Shown here piece after piece: positions 41,917 to 50,534 of a stretch of 64,000 bases of DNA. The translations under genes and the position numbers were made by a program. The DNA comes from an uncultured Gammaproteobacteria bacterium. Lineage in GTDB: Bacteria; Pseudomonadota; Gammaproteobacteria; JABCZS01. The notes under the pieces are model-generated. The model was not told the DNA's origin. It saw nothing but the letters and a program-made list of their open reading frames with translations, and made no database searches. The stretch lies in contig CAWKDC010000001.1 in the NCBI GenBank assembly GCA_963848305.1, positions 128,001 to 192,000 on the forward strand, read 5' to 3'. How positions within the stretch are numbered: position 1 is the stretch's first letter; each line of letters opens with the position of its first letter.

Positions 41917-42509
41917 TGTGGCCAATTTTAGGCTGCTCTATTGCTGCACTGGCCATTTCAACTGAGCGTTGCATGGTTCTTAAACGTTCACGGGTAGCAC
42001 CACCTCGTCTGGTCAATAAAGCGGTGGCTTTATTAAGCGCACCCAATAAACAGAATATAGAAAACATGGCGCAACAAAGCTTGTTGGGCAGTATATTTGC
42101 TGCGGGTTTGGCTCATGTCGGGGATGACATGGACGCTGTCACTGAATCGATGGAAGAGGCCGGGCGACATGCTATTCACACCCTCGAAAAATATTTATCT
42201 GCTTTATCGACGATTGCGATGGTCGCCCCCTTGCTTGGGTTGCTGGGAACAGTGTTCGGTTTGATCACGGTGTTTTCAGCATTAATGGAAACGGGTGGGG
42301 GAGATTCGCAAATGCTGTCAGGTGGCATCGCTAGCGCATTATTATCAACAGCGGCAGGTTTGTTGGTGGCCATTCCAGCAACGGCTGCGCACCGTGCATT
42401 TGAACGCCATATCGAGTCATTGGCTATTGATTTAGAAAAGCAATCCACAGAGTTTTTGCAAGCGATACGCCGATTTAAACGGTCCTATATTGACGGGGCG
42501 CGTACATGA
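41883..42509 (+). CDS. exbB: MotA/TolQ/ExbB proton-channel protein
   Basis: GGIMMWPI, APLLGLLGTV, GIASALLSTAAGL. Confidence 0.88.
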   Translation: MFEHFLSGGIMMWPILGCSIAALAISTERCMVLKRSRVAPPRLVNKAVALLSAPNKQNIENMAQQSLLGSIFAAGLAHVGDDMDAVTESMEEAGRHAIHTLEKYLSALSTIAMVAPLLGLLGTVFGLITVFSALMETGGGDSQMLSGGIASALLSTAAGLLVAIPATAAHRAFERHIESLAIDLEKQSTEFLQAIRRFKRSYIDGART

Positions 42510-42919
42510 AATTTTATACTCGGGTTAAACATCCGTTGTCGTTGAATGTCACCCCCTTAATAGACATTGTTTTTTTATTACTCATTTTTTTCGTGACGAG
42601 CACGACCCTGACTGAATATCATGTGCTCAATATCACATTGCCCAGTGTCTTGCATGCTGCGGATGAATCACCTGCACCTGTGCTACATATCACTGTGTCA
42701 GCAACCGGAGAGTATTCAGTGAATCACGAGCGGTTATCAAACAATGCATTACCAACATTAACCCGTGTGCTTGGTGCAGCAATGCCTTTTAATCCTGACA
42801 CAGTGGTGCTGATTGCAGCAGATGCCAATGCACCTTATCAAGATGTGGCACGGGCAATGGACGCGGCCAGTCAGCTGGGGTATTCACACATTCAATTGCA
42901 AGGTCAATCGAAACAGTAG
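42506..42919 (+). CDS. exbD: ExbD/TolR protein
   Basis: NVTPLIDIVFLLLIFF, IAADANAPY. Confidence 0.88.
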   Translation: MKFYTRVKHPLSLNVTPLIDIVFLLLIFFVTSTTLTEYHVLNITLPSVLHAADESPAPVLHITVSATGEYSVNHERLSNNALPTLTRVLGAAMPFNPDTVVLIAADANAPYQDVARAMDAASQLGYSHIQLQGQSKQ

Positions 42920-42928
42920 GAGGCGAAA

Positions 42929-43387
42929 ATGAACATGGGTATGTCTGATCATGAGCGCATGGCAGTGGCTAAAACACTGGGTAATTTGCTGGCAAACACA
43001 TATGTCTTATATTTAAAGACTCAAAACTTTCACTGGAATGTGACTGGGCCGATGTTTCAGCCATTGCATATCTTGTTTGAAGGACAATATACTGCTTTAG
43101 CCGAGGCGGTCGATCAAATTGCTGAACGCATTCGTGCCCTGGGTGAATTTGCGCCGGCGAGCCTGAGCCAGTATTTATCATTGTCGTTGATTGAAGAAGC
43201 AGTAGATGTGCCATCTGCTGACAGCATGGTCGCACAATTAGTGGAAGATCATGAAACCGTTGTGCGCGCCATGCGTGATTCATTCGAAGTGATCGACGAC
43301 GCCAACGATGAGGTCACTGCGGATTTGTTCGTTCAGCGCATGACATTTCATGAGAAGGCCGCATGGATGTTGCGGAGTATTTTGTAA
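42929..43387 (+). CDS. dps: Dps ferritin-like DNA-protection protein
   Basis: KTQNFHWNVTGP.F..LH, DQIAERIRALG, HEKAAWML. Confidence 0.95.
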   Translation: MNMGMSDHERMAVAKTLGNLLANTYVLYLKTQNFHWNVTGPMFQPLHILFEGQYTALAEAVDQIAERIRALGEFAPASLSQYLSLSLIEEAVDVPSADSMVAQLVEDHETVVRAMRDSFEVIDDANDEVTADLFVQRMTFHEKAAWMLRSIL

Positions 43388-43408
43388 ATCTATCTTGTAT
43401 CTTGACTG

Positions 43409-43442
43409 GTAGGGGCGCATATTATGCCCATGGAGCCCCTAC
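43409..43442. repeat. GTAG-type REP-like palindrome
   Basis: GTAGGGGC...GCCCCTAC between convergent dps and LRR genes. Confidence 0.6.
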
Positions 43443-43447
43443 AATAT

Positions 43448-44281
43448 TCAGATCGAAAGGTTGTTTGCTGTTTTTGGCTTGATAATTTCTAACCCTGGAT
43501 GTTTTAATTGCAGCTGCTCTATCATCGCCAATGCCTCGGCATCCACAGTGCTACCTTCTAAATTTACTTGAATCAAAGCACCGAGTGTCTCTTTCCCGAG
43601 CAATCCTTCCAAAATGGTTTTGATTGGACTAGAAGACAGGGTTATATTATTCAGTGCAAGTACCTCCAGTGTATCGTTGAGCACTAACGATTGCGCAATC
43701 GTCTCCGCGCAAGTGTCACTCATTTCTTTGCTATCGAAGGAAAAGCATGTTAGAGAGGAGTTGGTATCGCTTAACAGCATCGCAAGATGTGATACCATCT
43801 TGGATGTCATTGTGACGATGTCTTTTAACATAAATGTTTTGACATGTGATTGTTGCGTCATCGCATGTAATAATAATTCAATATCGTCTTCTTCCATATA
43901 AAGGGCATTGATGCCAATCAAGACAAGACTCTTTTGATGTATCATCAAATATGCATAGGCAGGATACGCACCTTTTTTGCTACCTGGTAATATTTGTAGA
44001 TTCAAAACAGTACTTTGATCCATGATAATTTGATAGGGGCTCGTGAAGGTCGAGACATTCAGGAATGATGACCATGCTCTGTGTTCATCAGAAGATATTT
44101 CAAACGCCTGTTTATGTTCCATCAACAATTGCGTTGCCAGTAAATAATTATTGTCTTCGATTGCCTTCTGAATATCTGTGCGCAGCCCATCTTCTTTGCT
44201 TTGGCTATGGGTGCTTGAGCGGAGCGCTTGAGGATTGCGTTGCTCGCCTGTTCTGCGGCAGCATTTGAACATCCAAAACAT
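43448..44281 (-). CDS. Orphan protein with RNI-like leucine-rich repeats (effector-like)
   Basis: TNSSLTCFSF...MSDTCAETIAQSLVLNDTLEVLALNNITLS...LIQVNLEG. Confidence 0.65.
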   Translation of the reverse strand: MFWMFKCCRRTGEQRNPQALRSSTHSQSKEDGLRTDIQKAIEDNNYLLATQLLMEHKQAFEISSDEHRAWSSFLNVSTFTSPYQIIMDQSTVLNLQILPGSKKGAYPAYAYLMIHQKSLVLIGINALYMEEDDIELLLHAMTQQSHVKTFMLKDIVTMTSKMVSHLAMLLSDTNSSLTCFSFDSKEMSDTCAETIAQSLVLNDTLEVLALNNITLSSSPIKTILEGLLGKETLGALIQVNLEGSTVDAEALAMIEQLQLKHPGLEIIKPKTANNLSI

Positions 44282-44372
44282 GGGGTTTCTCCGAAAGGGT
44301 TATTAAATGAACGCCATTGGATTTTAAACGCACCATAAGTCTTTGTCAATAGGCTAAATTAAATTTGTTTAT

Positions 44373-45851
44373 TCACTGGAAACTCTTAACTACTTGTTCT
44401 TGAAAGATTTTCAGTGTCTCAGGTGATAAAGGCGAGGCTGTGAGGGTGTCTTTATGCTGTTTTGCCAGCAGCATCCCAGCTTCAGTGTAATGACCAACGC
44501 AATAGAGGTGGCGATCATACTGGGCTGAAAGCAGTTGCTCGGGTGAGTCGATGCAAGCTTGGAAGTGTTGAACAGCTTTTAAATGCGAATCTTCCCCTGA
44601 TTCTCTGTCCAGTAAGATTGCAATGTCCCTGAATTCATCGAAGCAATGTTTAAGAACCTGAGACAGGGGTTGCATCTTGTTGTCATAGCATATCTCAAGG
44701 CCAGGTTTCCGACCTTCATACGCCACGCGGTGTAAGGTTGTTTGCCATGACTTCAGTTCGTTATTCATGAAAACAGGGCTCGGTTTAATCAAACAATAAA
44801 TAAGATAGACGTCAAGGAATAATAATTGTGCTGTCGATATACCGGTAGGTTCGAATGGATTGATATCAATGGAACGGATTTCAATATATTCGACGCCGCG
44901 TGACGACAATGCCTCGAGTGCTGTCTCGCCAGGCTTCGGCAACCGCTTGGGTCGAATCGGATGATAAAACTCGTTTTCAATCTGTAAAAGATGCGTGTTT
45001 AATTGCGCATCTTCTCCAAATTGTTCAGCCAGTTTTTGATAGGGTGGGTAGGGCGTTGACAATCCTAGTCTCAAATCAGCAATATATTCAGCCAAACTGT
45101 CAAACCGAATTGAGAGATGATCTGTTTGTGTTTGCGCGTAATACCCTAATGGCGTTAGTCGTAGTGAGCAAGCGTTGGGCGCAATAAAAGTGGAATCATC
45201 AAATGGTTTTAAATAGGAAGCTGTTTTATCTTGGAGCAATGTTTTATCGATGGCACTTGACGCGCCAAACAAATATGCCAAAATCCAAACATGCCGCATG
45301 TGCTGGCGGATCATGTGAAAGTACTGTGTATCAATGCAGGCTTGTATTGAGTCGTGTGCGGGGTCAATATGTTGGTACCATGTTTCCCAAAATGTTTGGG
45401 GCAATGAAAAATTAAAATGCAGCCCAGCAATCGTTTGCATCGCTTTGCCGTAACGCAACCCAAGCCCTCGTCGATAGCGCATTTTTTGCTGTGCTGCTGT
45501 ACTTGTGCCATAATTTGCAATGGGGATTTCTCCGATGAGCGGGCATGGAAGACTTTGTGGCCAAATCCATTCGTCTTTCAATTGTTCTTCAACAAACTGA
45601 TGCGTGTTTCTCATGCCTTTGAGTAAACCGCTCACGCTTGTGCATGGAGGTGTGATAAGCTCGATAAGATTTTCGCTATAATCAGTGGTAATGTATGGGT
45701 GGGTGAGTTTTGAGCCCAGCGATGCTGGATGAGGTGTTTGAGCAGGTAGCCCTTGGGCAGTGACTCGCAGGCCCTCGCGCTCGATGCCCCGTCGAATACC
45801 GGCAAATAAGGGTGTTGGAAGTTTGTTGAGTCGATCGATAAGGTATTGCAT
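44373..45851 (-). CDS. gshA: Glutamate-cysteine ligase
   Basis: GIEREGLR, ITTDYSE, YRRGL..RYG..MQ.IAG.HFNFS, LQIENE, GVEYIEIR. Confidence 0.95.
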   Translation of the reverse strand: MQYLIDRLNKLPTPLFAGIRRGIEREGLRVTAQGLPAQTPHPASLGSKLTHPYITTDYSENLIELITPPCTSVSGLLKGMRNTHQFVEEQLKDEWIWPQSLPCPLIGEIPIANYGTSTAAQQKMRYRRGLGLRYGKAMQTIAGLHFNFSLPQTFWETWYQHIDPAHDSIQACIDTQYFHMIRQHMRHVWILAYLFGASSAIDKTLLQDKTASYLKPFDDSTFIAPNACSLRLTPLGYYAQTQTDHLSIRFDSLAEYIADLRLGLSTPYPPYQKLAEQFGEDAQLNTHLLQIENEFYHPIRPKRLPKPGETALEALSSRGVEYIEIRSIDINPFEPTGISTAQLLFLDVYLIYCLIKPSPVFMNNELKSWQTTLHRVAYEGRKPGLEICYDNKMQPLSQVLKHCFDEFRDIAILLDRESGEDSHLKAVQHFQACIDSPEQLLSAQYDRHLYCVGHYTEAGMLLAKQHKDTLTASPLSPETLKIFQEQVVKSFQ

Positions 45852-45881
45852 AGGGATAATTATACACTAAGGGGTGAATAG

Positions 45882-47078
45882 GTGAACATATTCGTGAAGC
45901 TACATAAGGTTTTTAATGTCCTCATCATCTGTGGCATCGTTGGGTTGATTTTCGTCGCATTATTTTTATTCTTGTACAGGGAAGCTCCCCCCTTGGAGAA
46001 GAATCACTCATTCAGTATGTTGCAAGAAGATTTTTTGAATGCCGTCCGTTCCTACGATATTAAATCTGCTAAACGTTTGTACGGTTATTTGCAAGAAAAA
46101 AATCCCTACTCGCCTTTTGTGGAGGTTGCAGCCCCTGCCTATTTAGCAGACATTTATATCCATTATGCTGAACAAATGGCCTTCAATCCTGAGGCTTCTG
46201 CCTCATTTTTGGCTGAGGCAAAGCGGCTTGCTCCCGATCACCCTTTATTAGCCGAATGTGAACACTGTGATACCGCGACTGAGGGGGGCGCTTCACCTGT
46301 GCCAGCAGTAGAGGATGCCATCGAATTATCTTCACAAGTTGAGCAGGTCGAAAAGGTTGCTTCTGCAGAAATTGAGGCCTATCTTGATGAGCTTGATGCA
46401 TTGGAGCAAACCCTTGCCTCACTCGAAGCAGCGCGTGTGGGTGAAGCCGCGGTGATCGAACCGCCTGCGCCTGGGGTAGAAGCATTGAAGCCTTTGGCTG
46501 AAGCCTCTTCCTTGGCTACAGCGCCTACCGACGATGCATGTCTTCTTTCGTTTTTGACACGAAGTAGTCCTGTGAGCACATGCACAGATGTGTTGTCTTC
46601 AAATCAATATGGTCCATCATTGTTTGTGGTGGGGCATGAAGATCGCTCACCGCTTGCGTTTACGCAGCAGCCTATCACGCGTGATGCATTCAACGCATTG
46701 TGTCATGAATCCGAAGGATGTAAACCTGAGCAGAAAACTACTGGCGTGAGTGGTTTGAGCCTTGATTTAACAGACGTAGAGGCCACGGTGAATCAATACA
46801 ATGCATTCTGCGAAATGTCGCAATCCTGCGATACCTTGATACCTGCTTCGGCGCGCACATTGTTGAGTCCAGAAAAGTTGCCTGACTATGCAAAATTGCT
46901 GTCCAAGCAAACGGGCTATCTATACCGCCAAATGACTCAAGAGGATGTGGATACCATCATCGCTTATTTCGATGATTGCACACAGAAAGAAGTGTGCGAC
47001 GAATCAATGACGCAAGATCTGGCACGGTTTTTGAAAAATCAACGTAAAGTACTGCTGGTGCGACAGACGGCGCATTGA
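45882..47078 (+). CDS. Membrane-anchored hypothetical protein with degenerate FGE/SUMF1-like C-terminus
   Basis: N-terminal TM, TPR-like helices, Pro/Ala linker, Cys-rich C-term (GPSLFVV, YAKLLSKQTGYLYR). Confidence 0.65.
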   Translation: MNIFVKLHKVFNVLIICGIVGLIFVALFLFLYREAPPLEKNHSFSMLQEDFLNAVRSYDIKSAKRLYGYLQEKNPYSPFVEVAAPAYLADIYIHYAEQMAFNPEASASFLAEAKRLAPDHPLLAECEHCDTATEGGASPVPAVEDAIELSSQVEQVEKVASAEIEAYLDELDALEQTLASLEAARVGEAAVIEPPAPGVEALKPLAEASSLATAPTDDACLLSFLTRSSPVSTCTDVLSSNQYGPSLFVVGHEDRSPLAFTQQPITRDAFNALCHESEGCKPEQKTTGVSGLSLDLTDVEATVNQYNAFCEMSQSCDTLIPASARTLLSPEKLPDYAKLLSKQTGYLYRQMTQEDVDTIIAYFDDCTQKEVCDESMTQDLARFLKNQRKVLLVRQTAH

Positions 47079-47091
47079 GTCGTTTTATCGT

Positions 47092-47271
47092 TTAAGCTGA
47101 GATGGCCATCTGCCCTTCCTTGAAGAAGCATTCCCACCAACCTTCCTGCCAATAATGTGCAGCCACAGAATGCTTCGGATAGGGGTTATTTTCCTCATCG
47201 TATCCTGACAAGCTTGATCTGAAGCCTTGCAACCAACATAGTTCTAGAGATGTTATGTATTCGTCCTGCAT
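47092..47271 (-). CDS. Small Rmf/CrpP-like protein
   Basis: QGF...G...NPYP.....YWQEGW pattern; RBS GAGAGGA. Confidence 0.6.
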   Translation of the reverse strand: MQDEYITSLELCWLQGFRSSLSGYDEENNPYPKHSVAAHYWQEGWWECFFKEGQMAISA

Positions 47272-47446
47272 GTTCCTCTCCCAAAACACTGTGCCTGAGA
47301 ATTCAGTAGTGTTCATTTTCAAATGTAGCACAACATATAGACTTGTCTAGTTTTTATAGTAATAAAAAAAGTGGATTAGTCTTTGCGGAAAAGAGAATTC
47401 TCGGGTACAATTTACAAGGTCTTTTTTCAAACTTAAGGGGAAAAAT

Positions 47447-47620
47447 ATGAAAGTAACTCAACTTATCGGTGCGGTTTGTTCCGTCGTATTAGCGGCTTTA
47501 TTGCTTGTTGGCTGCGAAAGCAAGGGCATGAACAAATCTGATGACTACCATGATAATGACATGCAACGCACTGACGCGCCTGCGCGTGGTGCAGACCATG
47601 GTCATTACAAGGACAAATAA
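47447..47620 (+). CDS. Small lipoprotein, 57 aa (not in ORF track)
   Basis: MKVTQLIGAVCSVVLAALLLVG-CESKGMNKSDDYHDNDMQRTDAPARGADHGHYKDK; lipobox LVGC; RBS AAGGGG. Confidence 0.75.
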   Translation: MKVTQLIGAVCSVVLAALLLVGCESKGMNKSDDYHDNDMQRTDAPARGADHGHYKDK

Positions 47621-47627
47621 CCTGTCA

Positions 47628-47761
47628 GGAGATAACATGCGCAGCATGTTATCTCCGCATCCCGGAAGGAACGCGTTTACGCGTTTCTATCCGGCACCTA
47701 CATGCGCAGCATGTTATCTTCGCATCCCGGAAGAAACGCGTTTATGCGTTTCTCTCTGGGA
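47628..47761. repeat. Tandem 65-bp REP/BIME-like composite repeat
   Basis: Two copies (starting 47,635 and 47,700) of alternating hairpins CATGC-GCA-GCATG and CCGGA..AACGCG-TTTA-CGCGTT..TCCGG. Confidence 0.8.
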
Positions 47762-48781
47762 CTATTGATCACTATCCGAATTCTCTGCCGCTTGAGCCAC
47801 AGGCGCAGTTTCTTTTACCATGTCAGGCTCAGGGCTAGAAACAACCGCTTCGTTACCCATATTATTTGCTTTTGCGCCAATACCCCCTACCGCAGTCGGT
47901 ATGCCATTAGGATACTTGCTCATTTGCTTCACATTGGCCCAATCAACATTGAAAGGGTTTGTGGGGCCATTTTTATCAATCATGTTCATCAACTCTTTCA
48001 CGAGGTCAGTCTTGCCTTCTTCGTACTCAGCCAAAGGTTGGTGCATTTCTACATAAAACGTTCCATCAACCCAGGCATATTTGACGGGGGCATGGATAAT
48101 ATGTACGGGCGTGTTGATCGCGACGTGGTTGAAGAGGTACTCAATGTCATTGGGATACATCCGCATGCAACCGTGGGTCAGGCGGCGACCAATGCCTGAA
48201 CTATGATTGGTTCCGTGGATCAAGTAGCCGGGGATGCTCAGCGTCAGCTTATAGTCGCCTAAAGGATTGTCTGGGCCTGGGGGAACCACGCGGTCAAGAG
48301 AGTCTCCGCGCTCTTCATGCTCTTCCATGATGCTGTCAGGGACATACCAGGAAGGATGCTTGGTTTTACCAATCACCTTGCCGTCGACGATAGGTGTGGG
48401 CGTGAGCTCACTGCCAATCCCGATAGGTGAGGTGGTGACTGTTTTACCATCTGGGGAGAAATAGTAGAGGCGCAGTTCTGCGAGGTTGACAGTAATCCCA
48501 TCATGCGGACCAGGGGGTAAAATGAACTGGCGAGGGATCACTAACTCGGTACCTTCTTTGGGTTCCCATGGGTCAATATGAGGATTGGCATCCACAATCG
48601 CGTAGTACCCAATGTCGTAGCGTTGGGCAATGTCAGAAAAAGTTTCTTTATATTCAACTTTGGCGGTCAGGTTCTCGCCGACCATTTTAGTTTCTGGGGT
48701 GATATTGAAGGTGGTTGTCGCTTGCGACATGATTGAGCAGGCAAGTCCGAGAGAGAGGAGTAATAATGTTTTCCAGCGCAT
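47762..48781 (-). CDS. L,D-transpeptidase (ErfK/YbiS family)
   Basis: LysM-like ANPHIDPW, VNLAELRLYY, PGPDNPLG, YLIHGTN, HGCMRM. Confidence 0.92.
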   Translation of the reverse strand: MRWKTLLLLSLGLACSIMSQATTTFNITPETKMVGENLTAKVEYKETFSDIAQRYDIGYYAIVDANPHIDPWEPKEGTELVIPRQFILPPGPHDGITVNLAELRLYYFSPDGKTVTTSPIGIGSELTPTPIVDGKVIGKTKHPSWYVPDSIMEEHEERGDSLDRVVPPGPDNPLGDYKLTLSIPGYLIHGTNHSSGIGRRLTHGCMRMYPNDIEYLFNHVAINTPVHIIHAPVKYAWVDGTFYVEMHQPLAEYEEGKTDLVKELMNMIDKNGPTNPFNVDWANVKQMSKYPNGIPTAVGGIGAKANNMGNEAVVSSPEPDMVKETAPVAQAAENSDSDQ

Positions 48782-48922
48782 GATTCACCTTATGATCAGA
48801 ATATTCAATACAGATGAGTATAGCATCGTCTGGAAGGTAAGAAACTTAAGGCGGGGGATGGGGATGGGTTGCTGATCCCCCGCTTTCGCGGGGGTAAACT
48901 TTTATTGAGTGGGAACCCACTA

Positions 48923-49603
48923 TTATTCCCTATTAGAAAACGCACCCAGCAATTGCAGTAAGTTCACGAAAATATTGAACAAACTGACGTATAAGCTGAC
49001 TGTCGCCATGATGTAATTGGTTTCGCCCCCATTGATGATTGCGCTGGTTTGCCACAAAATCACCCCAGAAGACAGCACAATAAACATGGCGCTGACGGCC
49101 AGTTGTAATGCAGTCAGGTGGAAGAACATGGCGCCAATCCCCAGCACAAATGCCACGATGAGGCCAATCGAGAGGCCTTTCGCCATGGGGGTGAAGTCAC
49201 GTTTTGACGTGAGCGCGTAACCTGATAAAGCAAGGAAAATCAAACCGGTGCCACCGAAAGCCGTGGCAATGATTTGCCCCCCATTGGGTAATCCATGCAG
49301 GATTGCGCTGAGCATAGGCCCCAATGTGTATCCCAAGAAGCCTGTTAAAGCAAACACGGAAGCAATACCCCAAATGCTATTGCGGGTATAGTTCACCAGG
49401 AATAAAAGACCAATGTATATAGCCAGGAGCGGGAAGAAACCCATCGGTGGCGCTGCCATTGCCATAGAGGCCATGGCGCAAATAGCGCTGAAAATCAACG
49501 TTAAAGAGAGTAAAAAGTACGTGTTGCGTAGCACACGGTGTGTTGCGAGTGCTGATAAGCTCGCGCCTGAGAGTGTTGTTCTGTCCGAAGGGTAACCTTG
49601 CAT
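48923..49603 (-). CDS. yccA: Bax inhibitor-1 / YccA family membrane protein
   Basis: VLRNTY.LLSLT, GGETNYIMATVSLYVS; the ORF track's N-terminal extension is the antisense of tRNA-Ser. Confidence 0.92.
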   Translation of the reverse strand: MQGYPSDRTTLSGASLSALATHRVLRNTYFLLSLTLIFSAICAMASMAMAAPPMGFFPLLAIYIGLLFLVNYTRNSIWGIASVFALTGFLGYTLGPMLSAILHGLPNGGQIIATAFGGTGLIFLALSGYALTSKRDFTPMAKGLSIGLIVAFVLGIGAMFFHLTALQLAVSAMFIVLSSGVILWQTSAIINGGETNYIMATVSLYVSLFNIFVNLLQLLGAFSNRE

Positions 49604-49731
49604 ATAATCTCCTGTTGAAAAGGTGGCTTGTACGACCACGTATCTCGAGTTTAACACAGATTTTTTTAAAAAATAATCGCGTGGGGGTATCAAAATGTAA
49701 CAAAGTTTGTCAGAATAGCGGAAGCAGTTAT

Positions 49732-49819
49732 GGAGAGATGGCAGAGCGGTCGAATGCGGCGGTCTTGAAAACCGTTGAAGGGCAACCTTCCCTGGGTTCG
49801 AATCCCAGTCTCTCCGCCA
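49732..49819 (+). tRNA. tRNA-Ser(TGA)
   Basis: GGAGAGATGGCAGAGCGGTCGAATGCGGCGGTCTTGAAAACCG...long variable arm...GGTTCGAATCCCAGTCTCTCCGCCA. Confidence 0.96.
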
Positions 49820-49861
49820 CAGTAATAAATGACTGAAACTTGTGACAATGAGGAGCGCTCC

Positions 49862-50530
49862 TTGATTAACCTCATGTTGGTAGATGACCACGACCTTGTC
49901 AGAATCGGCATTACGCGATTATTATCAGACGTAAAAGGTATTACTGTCGTCGGAGAAGCCCGTAGTGGCGAAGACGCCATCAAATTAGCCAAAACACTTG
50001 AGCCTGACGTGATCCTCATGGACGTTAAAATGCCTGGTATTGGCGGACTCGAAGCAACCCGTCGAATATTGCAAATGTTACGGGACACTAAAATCATTGC
50101 GGTCACCGTCTACGGTGAGGAACCATATCCGTCCCGATTTCTAGAAGCCGGCGCATCAGGTTACATTACCAAAGGCTCTAGCTTAGACGAAATGGTCAAA
50201 GCCATACGTACAGTTTACAATGGCCAGCGCTATCTGTCCCCGGAAGTGGCACAAGTGCTTGCTCTCAAACATTTCGGCGATGAGGACAGTTCTCCATTCG
50301 ATCTACTTTCTACGCGCGAGTTGCAAGTCATGATGATGATCACCACCGGTCAGAAGGTGCAAGACATTTCGGACAGCCTTTGCTTAAGCGCCAAGACCGT
50401 GAACAGTTATCGTTACCGTTTATTTAAAAAGCTGAAGGTCAACAACGATGTTGAATTGACACACCTTGCCATTCGTCACGGTCTTATCGAGACAACTGGT
50501 ACCGAGGAAGACATCCCCACAGAAGATTAA
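49862..50530 (+). CDS. gacA: UvrY/GacA/LetA response regulator
   Basis: TTG start after GAGGAG; VDDHDLVR, DVKMPGIGGLEAT, LSAKTVNSYRYR; upstream of uvrC. Confidence 0.92.
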   Translation: MINLMLVDDHDLVRIGITRLLSDVKGITVVGEARSGEDAIKLAKTLEPDVILMDVKMPGIGGLEATRRILQMLRDTKIIAVTVYGEEPYPSRFLEAGASGYITKGSSLDEMVKAIRTVYNGQRYLSPEVAQVLALKHFGDEDSSPFDLLSTRELQVMMMITTGQKVQDISDSLCLSAKTVNSYRYRLFKKLKVNNDVELTHLAIRHGLIETTGTEEDIPTED

Positions 50531-50534
50531 TCCA

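Noticed and set aside
47628-47761. Possible mini-CRISPR array
   Set aside because: Two tandem units with no unique spacers and no cas genes; fits REP/BIME.
48877-48894. Hairpin CCCCCGC-TTTC-GCGGGGG after yccA
   Set aside because: No U-tract on the transcribed (minus) strand and only one copy here, so neither terminator nor repeat can be supported.
49604-49891. 96-aa N-terminal extension of YccA
   Set aside because: It is the antisense of tRNA-Ser and the gacA start; the real start is 49,603 with its own RBS.
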